NCBI GenBank assembly: GCA_018401885.1
Contig: JAGYKB010000011.1
Location: 4,575-68,574, forward strand
Length of the DNA: 64,000 bases
Direction of reading: 5' to 3'
DNA from: Gammaproteobacteria bacterium
GTDB taxonomy: Bacteria; Pseudomonadota; Gammaproteobacteria; Pseudomonadales; Pseudohongiellaceae
Positions 1 to 11,044 of this stretch are shown here, in pieces. A model generated the notes under the pieces. The model worked only from the letters and a program-made list of their open reading frames with translations, did no database searches and was not told the DNA's origin. Position 1 is the first letter of the stretch; every line of letters starts with the position of its first letter. The translations under genes and the position numbers were made by a program.

Positions 1-626
1 TCGTTGCGAACGAACTAGCCGAGGAATTAAAAGACATTATGCGCCCGCTTTTTGAGAAGCATATGGATGACATTATCACTGGAGCGTTCTCGGCCGGCAT
101 GATGGAAGACTGGGCCAATGACGACATAAAACTCCTTACTTGGCGTGAAGCGACAACCGAGACTGCGTTCGAAAAAACACCTGCAGGCGACATGGCAATC
201 CCTGAGCAAGAGTATTATGAAAACGGAATCCTTCTGGTTGCGATGGTTAAAGCAGGTGTCGAGCTCGCCTTTGAGACCATGACAGCAAGTGGGATTATTG
301 AAGAGTCTGCCTACTACGAGTCCCTGCACGAAGTGCCTCTGATTGCTAACCTAATCGGCCGCAAGAAGCTCTATGAGATGAATAAAGTAATCTCAGACAC
401 CGCTGAGTATGGGTGCTATTTGTTTTCACACGCCTGTGTACCAATGCTCGAAGACTTCATGAAGAAAATCGACGTAGATGTGATTGGCCGCGGTCTCAAC
501 GCCAGCGACAACGGTGTCGACAATGCTGCTCTCATCGAAGTTAACGACAGCATTCGTAGCCACCCGATCGAGGTTGTAGGAAAGCGCCTGCGCCGCTACA
601 TGACGGCGATGAAGCGCGCCATCTAA
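1..626 (+). CDS. ilvC: Ketol-acid reductoisomerase, class II (C-terminal part; 5' end lies outside the window)
   Basis: The frame is open from the window edge to the stop at 624-626. The translation (...[17 protein letters not shown]...[20 protein letters not shown]...[12 protein letters not shown]...RSHPIE...) matches by eye the C-terminal half of E. coli-type IlvC. Confidence 0.93.
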   Translation, partial: VANELAEELKDIMRPLFEKHMDDIITGAFSAGMMEDWANDDIKLLTWREATTETAFEKTPAGDMAIPEQEYYENGILLVAMVKAGVELAFETMTASGIIEESAYYESLHEVPLIANLIGRKKLYEMNKVISDTAEYGCYLFSHACVPMLEDFMKKIDVDVIGRGLNASDNGVDNAALIEVNDSIRSHPIEVVGKRLRRYMTAMKRAI

Positions 627-670
627 GATTCTAAAAATTAAGTCTGCGCCCAAACTTTGAGAACAGCGAA

Positions 671-720
671 AAAAGGCCCCATTCAACATAGCGACGTGTT
701 GAATGGGGCCTTTTTTATTT
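671..720. terminator. Bidirectional rho-independent terminator between convergent ilvC and ilvH
   Basis: Perfect 14-bp stem ggccccattcaaca / tgttgaatggggcc with an 8-nt loop. An A-run lies on the left and a T-run (ttttttattt) on the right. Confidence 0.85.
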
Positions 721-736
721 GGCAACGTGTACCTTG

Positions 737-1228
737 CTAGAGCGTAAGGACCTTATCGCCACGTGAGATTCCACATACACCGGTGCGCGCTACCTCAAGC
801 ACTGTGTTCTCAGCCTGCGCCGCAATGAAGGCATCTAACTTGTCGCTTGTGCCAGTCACCTGAATGCTTAGCGCCGTCGCAGTGATGTCGACAATCTGTC
901 CGCGGAAAATGTCAGCTAGTCGCTGAACCTCAGCGCGCTGGGCGCCTACCGCTTTAACTTTGATAAGCATGAGCTCGCGCTCAATATGCGCACTCTCAGA
1001 GAGATCGACGAGCTTTACCACGTCGATGAGCTTGTTTAGGTGTTTCGTGATCTGTTCGATCTTGCGTTCATCACCGCTGGTCATGACCGTCAGGCGAGAC
1101 AGAGAATTGTCCTCTGTCGGAGCAACAGTCAACGAGTCAATGTTGTAGCTACGCTGTGAAAAAAGACCGACGACGCGAGAGAGAGCTCCGGGCTCGTTTT
1201 CCATTAGTAACGATATAATTCGGCGCAT
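737..1228 (-). CDS. ilvH: Acetolactate synthase III small (regulatory) subunit
   Basis: 163 aa. N-terminal ACT-type motif (RRIISLLMENEPGALSRVVGLFSQRSYNIDSLTV). Sits 1 nt downstream of the large-subunit gene. Confidence 0.93.
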   Translation of the reverse strand: MRRIISLLMENEPGALSRVVGLFSQRSYNIDSLTVAPTEDNSLSRLTVMTSGDERKIEQITKHLNKLIDVVKLVDLSESAHIERELMLIKVKAVGAQRAEVQRLADIFRGQIVDITATALSIQVTGTSDKLDAFIAAQAENTVLEVARTGVCGISRGDKVLTL

Positions 1229-1229
1229 C

Positions 1230-2957
1230 TTATGTTCTCTCCGTCTTACTCAAAATCATGTCTTTCATCGCCCCACCCTTGATAGCCATCGGGTACACGT
1301 GCTCTTCAGGATCGACCATGACGTCAACGAAAACGAGTTTGTCTTTCAGTGCGAATGCTTGTTCGAGCTTCGCGTCGAGCTCGCCTAAGTTCTCGATTCG
1401 AATACCAACATGGCCATACGCTTCGGCTAGCTTTACGAAATCAGGCAGCGATTCGGCGTAGGTACTATGTGAATAGCGCCCGCCATATTGCATATCCTGC
1501 CACTGTCGCACCATGCCTAGGGACTGGTTATTCAGACAGATTATTTTCACCGGCAAGTTATATTGCATACAGGTCGCAAATTCCTGCAGGTTCATCTGAA
1601 AACTGCCCTCCCCTGTGATACAGACAGAAATCGCCTCGGGGAAAGCCAACTGCACTCCCATCGCTGCGGGAAAACCAAAACCCATGGTGCCGAGCCCGCC
1701 CGAATTAATCCACCGCCTTGGTTTATCGAACCCGTAATACTGGGCCGCAAACATTTGGTGCTGGCCTACGTCAGTTGATATATAAGCATCTCCCTTCGTG
1801 ATGCGATGAACCGCTTGAACAACCTGCTGCGGCTTAATAATGCCGTTTGTATGCGGCGTCACGCCAAGCGAGTCTTTCTCGCGCCACTTCGCGATTTGCT
1901 GCCACCACGTCTTCAATGCCTCGGCGTCAATCGCTTGCTGCGACTGCTCGAGACAATCCAGCATTTCTTCGAGCACAGCTGTTACAGAGCCCACTATGGG
2001 CACGTCTGCCGCAACAGTCTTTGAAATCGATGCAGGATCGATGTCAACGTGCAGAATGGTTGCATCAGGACAAAATTTACTCGTATCTGAGTTGGTCACT
2101 CTATCGTCGAATCTCACGCCAATGCCTAGCAGAACATCGCAGTAATGCATTGCCATATTGGCTTCATAGGTCCCGTGCATCCCGAGCATCCCTAAGAATT
2201 GAGGATCAGACGCGGGGTAAGCACCCAAGCCCATTAGCGTATTTGTGATCGGATAACCGAGCTTCTGTGTGAGTTTAGTCAGCAGTTCCGCGCCCTCCCC
2301 TTGAATAACACCGCCGCCGGCATAGATCATGGGGCGCTTCGCACCAAGCAGCGCCTCGACCGCTTTTTTAATCTGACCACTGTGTCCTTTGCCCGGCACA
2401 GTATAGGAACGCATCTTAATATCCTTCGGATACTCGTAGGGACGCTTAATCTTAGGGTCTGTGACGTCTTTGGGAATATCAATCACGACGGGGCCCGGAC
2501 GACCTGTCGTAGCTATGTGAAACGCTTTCTTCACGATCATAGGAATATCAGCAGGGTCTTCGACCATAAAACTGTGTTTCACGATAGGGCGCGAAATACC
2601 CACCATGTCAGTTTCTTGAAACCCATCGGTACCAATAAGTCGACTCTCAACCTGTCCTGACAGGATAACCATCGGAATCGAATCCATGTAGGCGGTCGCA
2701 ATACCAGTCACGGCATTGGTTGCTCCCGGACCTGAGGTCACGAGAACCACCCCCGGCTTGCCTGTCGCTCGCGCATAGCCGTCAGCGGCATGCGTCGCTG
2801 CCTGCTCATGACGAACAAGAATGTGCTCGATTTTATCTTGCTTGAAAATCGCGTCGTAGATATGGAGTACCGCGCCACCAGGATAGCCGAAAATAAGGTC
2901 TACACCCTCGTCGTGTAGCGCACGAGTCAGCATGTCGCCACCGGATAGTTGTTCCAC
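1230..2957 (-). CDS. ilvI: Acetolactate synthase large (catalytic) subunit, ThDP-dependent
   Basis: 575 aa with ThDP/FAD enzyme motifs (GYPGGA..., [15 protein letters not shown], ...[10 protein letters not shown]). GTG start preceded by aagagg. Confidence 0.95.
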   Translation of the reverse strand: MEQLSGGDMLTRALHDEGVDLIFGYPGGAVLHIYDAIFKQDKIEHILVRHEQAATHAADGYARATGKPGVVLVTSGPGATNAVTGIATAYMDSIPMVILSGQVESRLIGTDGFQETDMVGISRPIVKHSFMVEDPADIPMIVKKAFHIATTGRPGPVVIDIPKDVTDPKIKRPYEYPKDIKMRSYTVPGKGHSGQIKKAVEALLGAKRPMIYAGGGVIQGEGAELLTKLTQKLGYPITNTLMGLGAYPASDPQFLGMLGMHGTYEANMAMHYCDVLLGIGVRFDDRVTNSDTSKFCPDATILHVDIDPASISKTVAADVPIVGSVTAVLEEMLDCLEQSQQAIDAEALKTWWQQIAKWREKDSLGVTPHTNGIIKPQQVVQAVHRITKGDAYISTDVGQHQMFAAQYYGFDKPRRWINSGGLGTMGFGFPAAMGVQLAFPEAISVCITGEGSFQMNLQEFATCMQYNLPVKIICLNNQSLGMVRQWQDMQYGGRYSHSTYAESLPDFVKLAEAYGHVGIRIENLGELDAKLEQAFALKDKLVFVDVMVDPEEHVYPMAIKGGAMKDMILSKTERT

Positions 2958-3425
2958 TTGAATTGCCTCTTAATTTGCTTCTGCACTATTGCAGTCGTTT
3001 AGTTAACGCTCGATTAGTTCGCGCTGATCACCCACCCAATTCTGCTCATTACCCTTAGCCTGGACAGTTAGCTTAGGAGACTGCCAGAGGACAATCTTTC
3101 TAACGCAATACTCTACTCGCGAGGCGAATGCACAGAAAATTAAAGGTTGGTGTGCGAGTACTCAGAGCGCTGAGCATTCTCGCTATTTAGTCGGCCTCGT
3201 ACGCGATAACGTGATAGAGACCTTAGGTGGCTGTGTTTAACACCTAGGGGGTCGATCTGCAGCTTAGCCGGGTGTGGCAAGCAGATCGAGTCGCTAGCCT
3301 CAGGGTTTCGCCTGAGTCTATGACATAATGTGCGAAGTCTGACACTTTGCCGGGGAAAGTCAAGAACTACGCGGCTCCTCAGGTGCGAGGCGTGCAGCGA
3401 GTCCACACCTGATTTATCAAATTAC

Positions 3426-6044
3426 CTAATGAACCGCCGCGGACCCAAACTTGAGACCGCCGGCAGGATTCGCATCTACACTAATTACACTGCCCGGGGC
3501 GAAAGATCCCTTCAGCACTTCTTGTGCTAACGGGTTCTCGATGTGATTCTGAATGGCTCGCTTTAGCGGCCGCGCACCGTAGACGGGGTCGTAGCCAACC
3601 TCTGCTAGCCTGTCGAGCGCGGCATCAGACACCTCCAACACCAGTTCTCGCTCCCTCAATCTGTCGTTAAGTAGCTCGATCTGGATTTCTGCAATAGCAC
3701 GGATCTGCCCAGCCTGAAGAGGATGAAAAACGACTGTCTCGTCTATTCGATTAACAAACTCCGGTGAGAAATGCTTAACGACGACTTTTAGAACATTCTC
3801 TTTCACTGCTGCGTAAGCCTCGCTGTCACCAGCGGCGCCTGATAGAGTACCGTGCTGCATGGCCTCTTGAATGTGATCAGAACCGAGATTCGAGGTCATA
3901 ACAATCACCGTATTTCGAAAATCGACTGTTCTCCCATGACCATCAGTAAGCCGCCCATCGTCCATAACTTGCAGAAGAATATTGAACACGTCGGGGTGCG
4001 CTTTTTCGATTTCATCCAAAAGAAGCACAGAGTAAGGTCTGCGTCTCACCGCCTCTGTTAGATATCCGCCTTCTTCGTAACCTACATAGCCGGGAGGCGC
4101 ACCGATAAGGCGCGCCACCGAATGACGCTCCATGAATTCGGACATATCGATACGGACCATCGCCTCTTCTGTATCGAACAGGAACTCGGCCAACGCCTTG
4201 CACAACTCGGTTTTTCCGACACCTGTTGGACCAAGAAAAAGGAACGAGCCGTTTGGCCGATTCGGATCTGAAAGACCCGAGCGCGAACGGCGTACGGCGT
4301 TCGCTACTGCCGTTACCGCTTCGTTCTGGCCAATCACTCGCTCATGCAACCCGTCTTCCATCTTCAGGAGCTTCTCGCGATCGCCTTCGAGCATTTTGCT
4401 CACAGGTATACCTGTTGCACGAGCAACCACTTCGGCAATTTCTTCGTCTGTCACACGACTACGCAGCAGCTGTTTTTCCTGTGCTTCAGCCGATGTCGCA
4501 GAAGCGAGTTTTGCTTCTAATGCTGGTATCACACCGTACTGAATTTCTGACATCCGCCCGAGATCTCCGGCCCTCCGCGCATGCTCCATGTCGCTGCGCG
4601 CCTGCTCGAGTGAGCTTTTAATACTCTGCACTCCCTGTACTGACGCTTTTTCCGCTTTCCAAATCTCTTCGAGATCGGAGAATTCTCGCTCCAATTCGTC
4701 GATCGACTCGGCAAGCTTTTGTTTACGTATCTGAGTCGCAGGCTCCTCGTCCTTTTTGAGCGCCTCGCGTTCAATCTTTAGTTGAATTAAGCGCCTTTCG
4801 AGCCTATCCATCTCCTCGGGTTTCGAATCGATCTCCATGCGAATAAGGCTTGCCGCCTCGTCAATCAGATCGATCGCTTTATCAGGCAATTGCCGATCAG
4901 TAATGTAACGCTGCGACAATTTAGTCGCGGCGATTATTGCACCATCGGAAATCGCAACCCCATGGTGAACCTCGTAGCGCTCCTTTAGACCGCGCAGTAT
5001 CGCGATTGTATCTTCCTCGGTAGGCTCATCTACCAGAACCTTCTGAAAGCGGCGCTCTAACGCGGCATCTTTCTCGATGTATTGTCGATATTCATCGAGG
5101 GTTGTCGCACCGACGCAGTGTAATTCCCCGCGTGCGAGCGCCGGCTTGAGCATATTGCCCGCATCCATCGCGCCCTCGCCTTTACCCGCACCAACCATAG
5201 TGTGCAGCTCATCGATGAACAAAATCACACTGCCCTCAAGCTTGGCGATTTCCGCTAAAACAGACTTGAGTCGCTCTTCAAATTCACCACGAAATTTCGC
5301 GCCCGCAATGAGGGCACCCATATCCAGGGAGAGAATTTTCTTGTCCTTCAAACCTTCGGGCACTTCACCGTTAACAATACGCTGAGCAAGCCCTTCAACA
5401 ATAGCAGTTTTGCCCACGCCTGGTTCACCGATAAGCACGGGATTGTTCTTAGTCCGACGCTGCAACACTTGAACGGTTCGTCTGATCTCAGCGTCGCGAC
5501 CTATTACTGGATCTAGCTTACCTTCCGCCGCACGAGCAGTGAGATCCAAGCAAAATTTTGACAGCGCCTGCCAGCTGTCTTCGGCATTAGCCCCATCAAC
5601 ACTTGCACCACCGCGGAGATTTTCAGCTGCGGTCTCCAGTGCCTGGGCGGAGACGCCGAAACCATTGAGCAACTTGCCTAAAGCACCGGTATCACGCATG
5701 GCCGCAAGCAACACCAGCTCGCTAGAGACGAAGCTGTCTTGCTTCGCTTGGGCTAGCTTGTCTGCCTGATTTAGAAGTTTTGACAATTCTGGCGACACAC
5801 TCACTTCACCGCCGTTATCAGCCACTCGCGGCAAATCATCGATAAGTCGCGACAGCCCTGTCTGCAGTTGATTCAAATTAAAGCCCGTCTGAGACAGCAA
5901 GGGCCGCACAGAACCATCTCGCTGCTCAACAAGTGCATACAGCAGATGCGCCGGCGCGATCATATTGTTCTCTTTACCGAGCGCTATCGACTGTGCATCG
6001 GCAAGAGCCGATTGCAATTTACTTGTTAGTTTATCCATTCGCAT
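3426..6044 (-). CDS. clpB: ATP-dependent chaperone/disaggregase ClpB
   Basis: 872 aa. Two AAA+ modules with Walker A motifs (GEPGVGKT and GPTGVGKT), a long middle coiled-coil and a Clp N-domain. Confidence 0.97.
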   Translation of the reverse strand: MRMDKLTSKLQSALADAQSIALGKENNMIAPAHLLYALVEQRDGSVRPLLSQTGFNLNQLQTGLSRLIDDLPRVADNGGEVSVSPELSKLLNQADKLAQAKQDSFVSSELVLLAAMRDTGALGKLLNGFGVSAQALETAAENLRGGASVDGANAEDSWQALSKFCLDLTARAAEGKLDPVIGRDAEIRRTVQVLQRRTKNNPVLIGEPGVGKTAIVEGLAQRIVNGEVPEGLKDKKILSLDMGALIAGAKFRGEFEERLKSVLAEIAKLEGSVILFIDELHTMVGAGKGEGAMDAGNMLKPALARGELHCVGATTLDEYRQYIEKDAALERRFQKVLVDEPTEEDTIAILRGLKERYEVHHGVAISDGAIIAATKLSQRYITDRQLPDKAIDLIDEAASLIRMEIDSKPEEMDRLERRLIQLKIEREALKKDEEPATQIRKQKLAESIDELEREFSDLEEIWKAEKASVQGVQSIKSSLEQARSDMEHARRAGDLGRMSEIQYGVIPALEAKLASATSAEAQEKQLLRSRVTDEEIAEVVARATGIPVSKMLEGDREKLLKMEDGLHERVIGQNEAVTAVANAVRRSRSGLSDPNRPNGSFLFLGPTGVGKTELCKALAEFLFDTEEAMVRIDMSEFMERHSVARLIGAPPGYVGYEEGGYLTEAVRRRPYSVLLLDEIEKAHPDVFNILLQVMDDGRLTDGHGRTVDFRNTVIVMTSNLGSDHIQEAMQHGTLSGAAGDSEAYAAVKENVLKVVVKHFSPEFVNRIDETVVFHPLQAGQIRAIAEIQIELLNDRLRERELVLEVSDAALDRLAEVGYDPVYGARPLKRAIQNHIENPLAQEVLKGSFAPGSVISVDANPAGGLKFGSAAVH

Positions 6045-6106
6045 AGCAGTGTCCTCTGCAATTAATTGGCGGTGCGGCTCACGCTAACACTCGCCCTATG
6101 CGACGT

Positions 6107-6137
6107 TAAATTGGGGCGTTAAAAGAAAAACAAAGGG
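6107..6137 (-). promoter_or_regulatory. Candidate sigma-32 (heat-shock) promoter of clpB
   Basis: The minus strand reads CCCTTTGT-N13-CCCCAATTTA, compared with the sigma-32 consensus CCCTTGAA-N13-17-CCCCATnTA. It lies about 65 nt upstream of the clpB ATG. The -35 element is an imperfect match. Confidence 0.4.
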
Positions 6138-6168
6138 GGGATACTCTAAACAGGGGCTGCTCGCGGGT

Positions 6169-7002
6169 TTACTTGATGAAAATCAAACTTAGCAGCCTCC
6201 CAGAACGCGCTTCTCTTCGGAACGAGAAGAATCGCTCCGGCTCGCAGACTGTGCAGAGCTTGTTTCCCGCAATAGACCTCACGCCCATCTTGCGAAGTCT
6301 TATCTCTGCTAGCGCATAAATATCTGCAAGGAATTTGTCATTTTCCGCAGCCGGCTTAAACGCGGCGTGAACTGCCTCCTGTTCGTCAAAAGAGTCGGTT
6401 GCGGACGAAAATCGCTCTCGAACCTCGTACCCAACTTCGAAATGGCAAGGGCCGATTGCGGGACCAAACCATACGTTGATATCAGAGGAATCTCCCCCCA
6501 TAGCCGAAAGGGTGTTTTCAAGAATACCGTCTGCGAGGCCGCGCCAACCTGCGTGGGCAACAGCAATTTGCGAGATTTGCGGGTTGTAAAAAAATACGGG
6601 TAAGCAATCGGCGGTCATGATGCAGCATACCTGCCGAGGCAGACTAGTGAGCATCGCATCAGCCTCCAATACCGGTCGGATCAACGCTTGAGCGGGGCTC
6701 ACCACTTCATGAACAGCTGTACCGTGAACTTGATTCAACCAATGCCACGAAAGCGTTTGCGGCGCGATCTTGCCTTCAGAATTCACATCGGACTTCGGGT
6801 ACGCGACAAGATCATCATTGATCTGCGCTGCCAGCAGCGCTCGGTGCTCTGCAACTCGCGCGCAGCTATCGCCAACGTGCTCAGCAAAATTAAAACCCGC
6901 GTAGCCGCCTTCATCCGCGCGAGCACCACGGAGTGTAACTCCCGCGAAAACTTTGCCTTCTGCATTCCAAGGTGACTGAATCAGATCGATAACAGGCTTC
7001 AT
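6169..7002 (-). CDS. pgeF: Peptidoglycan editing factor PgeF / YfiH (DUF152, laccase-domain protein)
   Basis: 277 aa. Motifs DAMLT...CCIMTADCLPVFF...VAHAGWRG...GPCHFEVG. Conserved position between rluD and clpB. Confidence 0.85.
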   Translation of the reverse strand: MKPVIDLIQSPWNAEGKVFAGVTLRGARADEGGYAGFNFAEHVGDSCARVAEHRALLAAQINDDLVAYPKSDVNSEGKIAPQTLSWHWLNQVHGTAVHEVVSPAQALIRPVLEADAMLTSLPRQVCCIMTADCLPVFFYNPQISQIAVAHAGWRGLADGILENTLSAMGGDSSDINVWFGPAIGPCHFEVGYEVRERFSSATDSFDEQEAVHAAFKPAAENDKFLADIYALAEIRLRKMGVRSIAGNKLCTVCEPERFFSFRREARSGRLLSLIFIK

Positions 7003-7035
7003 TGGCGCTCCAAAAACAGCATTTAATGCTCGCGC

Positions 7036-7989
7036 TCAGACTGCACGAAAATCTGCATCGAGAACGGTCAATAAATGTTGAAAATCTTGCGGCAGCGGCG
7101 CCTCCCAAGTCATCGTCTCGCCGGTTGCCGGGTGCTGCAGGCTGAGCCTGCGTGCATGCAGGGCCTGCCTCTTGAAGCCTCGCAGACACTCGGCAAGCCT
7201 CGGCGAGCAACCGGCAGGGAGCTGCAGCCTGCCAGAATAGAGAGGGTCGCCGACTAAAGGAATATTGATATGCGCTAAATGTGCGCGAATCTGATGCGTC
7301 CGCCCCGTTTCGAGTTGGACGTGAATATGTGTGTGAGAACGAAAGCGGTTCAACACGCGGTAATGCGTTACCGCTTCCTGACCATCTTCGACTACGGCTC
7401 GCCGCTTACGATTAACCGGATGCCGCCCGAGTGGGGCATCAACTTTACCACCGCCAGTTAATACGCCCTGGGCTACCGCTTCATATTCTCTCTTTATCTC
7501 TCGGAGCCTGAGTTGCTCGACCAATTGCGCGTGCGATTCCAACGTTTTAGCGACCATAAGCAGCCCGGTAGTGTCTTTATCTAGGCGATGGACTATCCCA
7601 GCTCGTGGTACTTCTTTAAGCGCAGGACAATGATTCAACAAGCCATTCAACAACGTACCATCACGGTGCCCCGCTGCGGGGTGCACTACCACATCAGTAG
7701 CTTTATTTAGAATAATGAGGTGTTCATCTTCGAACACAATATCGATTGGCATAGCTTGAGCCTGCCACTGCTGCTCAGCTTGCAAATGCACATCGATACT
7801 CAATGCATCGCCACCATAGACGATATCCCGAGGCCGCGCAGCGTTGGTGTTGACCTTGAGCTGCCCGTCTTTTATCCATGTTTGGAGACGAGCACGCGAA
7901 TAATCAGGAAACAATTGCGCTGCAACGAGGTCTAAGCGTTGGTTAGCGAAGGTTTCAGGTACTATCGCACTGAGTACAATATGTGTCAT
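7036..7989 (-). CDS. rluD: 23S rRNA pseudouridine(1911/1915/1917) synthase RluD
   Basis: 317 aa with an S4 domain plus the RluA-family catalytic motif (GIVHRLDKDTTGLLMVAK). Divergent from bamD, as in E. coli. Confidence 0.9.
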   Translation of the reverse strand: MTHIVLSAIVPETFANQRLDLVAAQLFPDYSRARLQTWIKDGQLKVNTNAARPRDIVYGGDALSIDVHLQAEQQWQAQAMPIDIVFEDEHLIILNKATDVVVHPAAGHRDGTLLNGLLNHCPALKEVPRAGIVHRLDKDTTGLLMVAKTLESHAQLVEQLRLREIKREYEAVAQGVLTGGGKVDAPLGRHPVNRKRRAVVEDGQEAVTHYRVLNRFRSHTHIHVQLETGRTHQIRAHLAHINIPLVGDPLYSGRLQLPAGCSPRLAECLRGFKRQALHARRLSLQHPATGETMTWEAPLPQDFQHLLTVLDADFRAV

Positions 7990-8126
7990 GGAATTCAGCT
8001 TTTACAACCGTTGATAAATGGAGCTGTGCATAATACTCGATATTCGCCGACTACACAGGCCAAACCTCGCCGCACACCCTGAGCTGTGGTTAAATAGGCA
8101 GCAATAACACCGATAGAGCTTAACTC

Positions 8127-9110
8127 ATGAAATTACGCACCATTACCCTCTTGCTACTGCTGGGCTCGTTTCTCTCTGGCTGCGGCCTGTTTGGAGGCGA
8201 TGAGGAGCGAGACGAATTTGCTGGACTAACCAATGAGGAGCAATTCTATCGCCGCGCGCTCGATCAGCTGAATGGGCAGAATTTCACCGGAGCGATAGCG
8301 ACCTACCAGGGGCTAGAGTCACGTTTCCCTTTCGGACGCTTCGCCGAACAAGCTCAGATCGAGATTGTTTATGCATATTACCGCAACAGCGACTTGGAGG
8401 CTGCACGAGCCGCGGCCGATCGGTTCATTCGCTTACACCCCGACAGCGAGAATATTGACTACGCTTACTATATGAAGGGCCTAGCCTCATTTAGCGAGAA
8501 TTCCGGTTTCCTCAACCGCTTCCTACCCGTCGATCAAACGAAGCGAGACCCCGGCAGAGCGCAGGAGTCGTTTGCAGACTTTGCGCAGCTCATAGCACTT
8601 TACCCTGATAGCCCCTACGCCGCCGATGCACGTTCGCGCATGATCTATCTGCGTAATAATCTCGCTGCCTACGAAATCCACGTCGCTAACTATTACCTCG
8701 AGCGTCGAGCCTATATCGCCGCGCTGCGCAGAGCGCAGTACGTGGTAGAAAATTTCCAAGAGTCACCTGCTGTCGCCGACGGCGTCGCGATAATGGCTGA
8801 ATGCTATTTGCGTTTAGGACTTGATGATTTGGCGGACACTTCGCTGGCGCTTTTGCGCAGCAATTATCCAGAGCATAGATCGTTAACAGAGACCGGCGAG
8901 TTTAACGTTCGGACAGAAATTACAAACCCCTCGTTTCTTTACACTGTGAGTTTCGGACTGATTGGAGACAACCGCGTTGAGCCTCCTCTCGCACCAACAC
9001 GACGCCCCTACACTTCAGGCAGTCAGCAGATCATAGACGATCAGGGTCAAGTGCCTGAAGAGTCAGAAAAGCGCTCCTGGTTGAGTATTCTCACGCTTGG
9101 CATACTCTAA
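8127..9110 (+). CDS. bamD: Outer membrane protein assembly factor BamD (lipoprotein, TPR-like) with a long C-terminal tail
   Basis: Lipobox LLGSFLSGC. Repeats resemble YfiO/ComL. Conserved divergent position relative to rluD. Confidence 0.88.
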   Translation: MKLRTITLLLLLGSFLSGCGLFGGDEERDEFAGLTNEEQFYRRALDQLNGQNFTGAIATYQGLESRFPFGRFAEQAQIEIVYAYYRNSDLEAARAAADRFIRLHPDSENIDYAYYMKGLASFSENSGFLNRFLPVDQTKRDPGRAQESFADFAQLIALYPDSPYAADARSRMIYLRNNLAAYEIHVANYYLERRAYIAALRRAQYVVENFQESPAVADGVAIMAECYLRLGLDDLADTSLALLRSNYPEHRSLTETGEFNVRTEITNPSFLYTVSFGLIGDNRVEPPLAPTRRPYTSGSQQIIDDQGQVPEESEKRSWLSILTLGIL

Positions 9111-9123
9111 CGGAAACATGCGC

Positions 9124-10869
9124 TTAGTCACCAATCGGCCAAGCATTGGTAATGGGGTAGCGTCGATCACGACCAAAACCTCGCCGTGTTAGACGAACGC
9201 CGGTCGGACTCTGGCGCCGTTTGTATTCATTCAAATCGACCAAGCGCAAGACACGCCTGACGACTTGCTCGTCAAACCCCTCGGTAATGATAGCGGTTGC
9301 GCTCGCATCCTCCTCGATGTACAGCTCCAGTATCCTATCTAGGACATCATAGGGCGGAAGGTTATCTTGATCTACTTGCCCCGGTGCCAGCTCGGCAGAC
9401 GGGGGGCGGTCTATTACAGCCTGAGGAATTACCTCGAGTTGGACGCAATTTTCAGTATCTTTGCGAGCATTTCGATATCTTGAGAGCGCATAAACCAATG
9501 TCTTGGATACATCCTTGAGCACATCAAAACCACCGGCCATATCACCGTAAAGTGTCGAATAGCCAACCGCTATTTCGCTCTTATTTCCTGTCGTGAGAAC
9601 CAAGTAACCTTTTTTGTTAGAGATCGCCATAAGTAGCACACCTCGGCAGCGCGCCTGCAAATTCTGCTCAGTAACATCGTCTTCCATGCCTTCGAACTCT
9701 GCGGCTAGCGCCAGCACAAACTGCTCGTAAATTGGCTTAATAGAAATCGACTGATAGGCTACTCCGAGTGCAGCCGCCTGCTGCGCGGCAGCATCGCGAC
9801 TCAGTTGAGAGGTGTATTCAAACGGCATCATGACCGCATTTACGGCATCCGAACCTAGTGCATCAACCGCAATAGCAAGCGTCAAAGCGGAGTCAATGCC
9901 GCCCGACAAACCTAGAATCACGCCTTTGAACCCATTTTTTAAAACGTAGTCACGTACGCCGGTGGTGAGTGCTTTGTAAACCTGTGCGAGATCATCGAGA
10001 TCCGGCGCGAGGAGACCACTTGCCGGCTCGTAGCGCCCGGAACTCGACTGTTCGAAAACAACCGGAAAAAGGCCGGCTTCAAACTGCGGTGCTTGGACCA
10101 ATGCAGCCCCACCGCTATCGACAACGAGGGATCCGCCGTCGAATACCAATTCGTCTTGCCCCCCTACTAAGTTGACATAGGTAATCGGCGCTCCGATAGC
10201 GCCCGCTCTTCGAGCGAGGAGTCGGCGACGCTCCATCGCCTTTCCGCGGTGGAAAGGTGAGGCGTTGATATTAACGAGCAGATCGAGAGATTCGCATGCA
10301 AGCTGTGACGTGGGACCTTCGTCCCAGAGATCCTCACATATTGTGAACCCTAATCGAAGGCCATTAACCTCCGCAATACATGGCTGATTACCGGCTTTGA
10401 AATACCTTCTCTCGTCAAAAACTTGGTAGTTGGGCAGGCATTGCTTTCGGTAATTCGCAATGAGTTTTCCCTGATCCACGACCGCGAGTGAATTGTATAA
10501 GTTGCCTTCATGCGTCTCAGGATAACCAAATACAAGAGTTGCCGGGAGCTTGGCAGCAAGAATACGTACCATCGCCTCGTCCATTCGGCGAGCTAGACTA
10601 GGTCTCAATAAGAGGTCCTCAGGCGGATAACTCGTTAATGTGAGTTCGGGGAAAACTACGATCCGCGCATCAAAATCCTCTATCGCTTTTCTAGCCGAAT
10701 CGAGGAGCAGGGTGGTGTTATCCTCCGTCGCGCCAACTACAAAATTGAGCTGTGCCATGACTAGGGTGAATGACTTTGTGGTCGACATAATTTTCTCTGT
10801 ATCGTGGGCCCGAACCAAAGCTTCGCGCGCGGCGCCAGCAATTGTAGCGAACTCTGGCTCTGAAGACAT
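9124..10869 (-). CDS. nadE: Glutamine-dependent NAD+ synthetase (CN-hydrolase domain + NAD synthase domain)
   Basis: The N-terminal nitrilase-like domain contains ...FPEL...CEDLW... The C-terminal domain has the PP-loop GLSGGIDS. The true start may be the internal Met at 10788 (MSTTKSFTLVMAQLNF). Confidence 0.9.
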   Translation of the reverse strand: MSSEPEFATIAGAAREALVRAHDTEKIMSTTKSFTLVMAQLNFVVGATEDNTTLLLDSARKAIEDFDARIVVFPELTLTSYPPEDLLLRPSLARRMDEAMVRILAAKLPATLVFGYPETHEGNLYNSLAVVDQGKLIANYRKQCLPNYQVFDERRYFKAGNQPCIAEVNGLRLGFTICEDLWDEGPTSQLACESLDLLVNINASPFHRGKAMERRRLLARRAGAIGAPITYVNLVGGQDELVFDGGSLVVDSGGAALVQAPQFEAGLFPVVFEQSSSGRYEPASGLLAPDLDDLAQVYKALTTGVRDYVLKNGFKGVILGLSGGIDSALTLAIAVDALGSDAVNAVMMPFEYTSQLSRDAAAQQAAALGVAYQSISIKPIYEQFVLALAAEFEGMEDDVTEQNLQARCRGVLLMAISNKKGYLVLTTGNKSEIAVGYSTLYGDMAGGFDVLKDVSKTLVYALSRYRNARKDTENCVQLEVIPQAVIDRPPSAELAPGQVDQDNLPPYDVLDRILELYIEEDASATAIITEGFDEQVVRRVLRLVDLNEYKRRQSPTGVRLTRRGFGRDRRYPITNAWPIGD

Positions 10870-11044
10870 CGCCCCGTCTTGCCAGTCATGCGAAAAGCCT
10901 TACGCTTTTTCCTTATTTTTGGACTACCACGCAGAATCTCCCTCGACATCGCCACGTTCAGCGACCTAACTACACCGTTATTTTGCAACGCGGTCGAGCG
11001 GTGTCTACCTTTAAGTTGAAGGACATCAAATAAGAGTCACCTCA

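Noticed and set aside
3014-3049. 11-codon mini-ORF (MSRIGWVISAN) about 60-90 nt upstream of ilvI as a possible attenuation leader peptide
   Set aside because: Only 3 of 11 residues are branched-chain amino acids, there is no run of regulatory codons, and no clear terminator/antiterminator pair follows. The evidence is insufficient.
3340-3400. Strings reminiscent of RNase P ('ggggaaagtc') and of a tmRNA tag region ('aactacgcggct')
   Set aside because: The surrounding sequence lacks the rest of either RNA. There is no tRNA-like acceptor/T-arm, no in-frame stop after the supposed tag, and no P4 or other conserved RNase P helices. I treat the resemblance as chance.
3140-3406. 88-aa minus-strand ORF in the clpB-ilvI spacer
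   Set aside because: Its composition is extremely Arg/His/Ser/Leu-rich, it has no RBS or recognisable motif, and it overlaps a series of inverted repeats. It is most likely non-coding.
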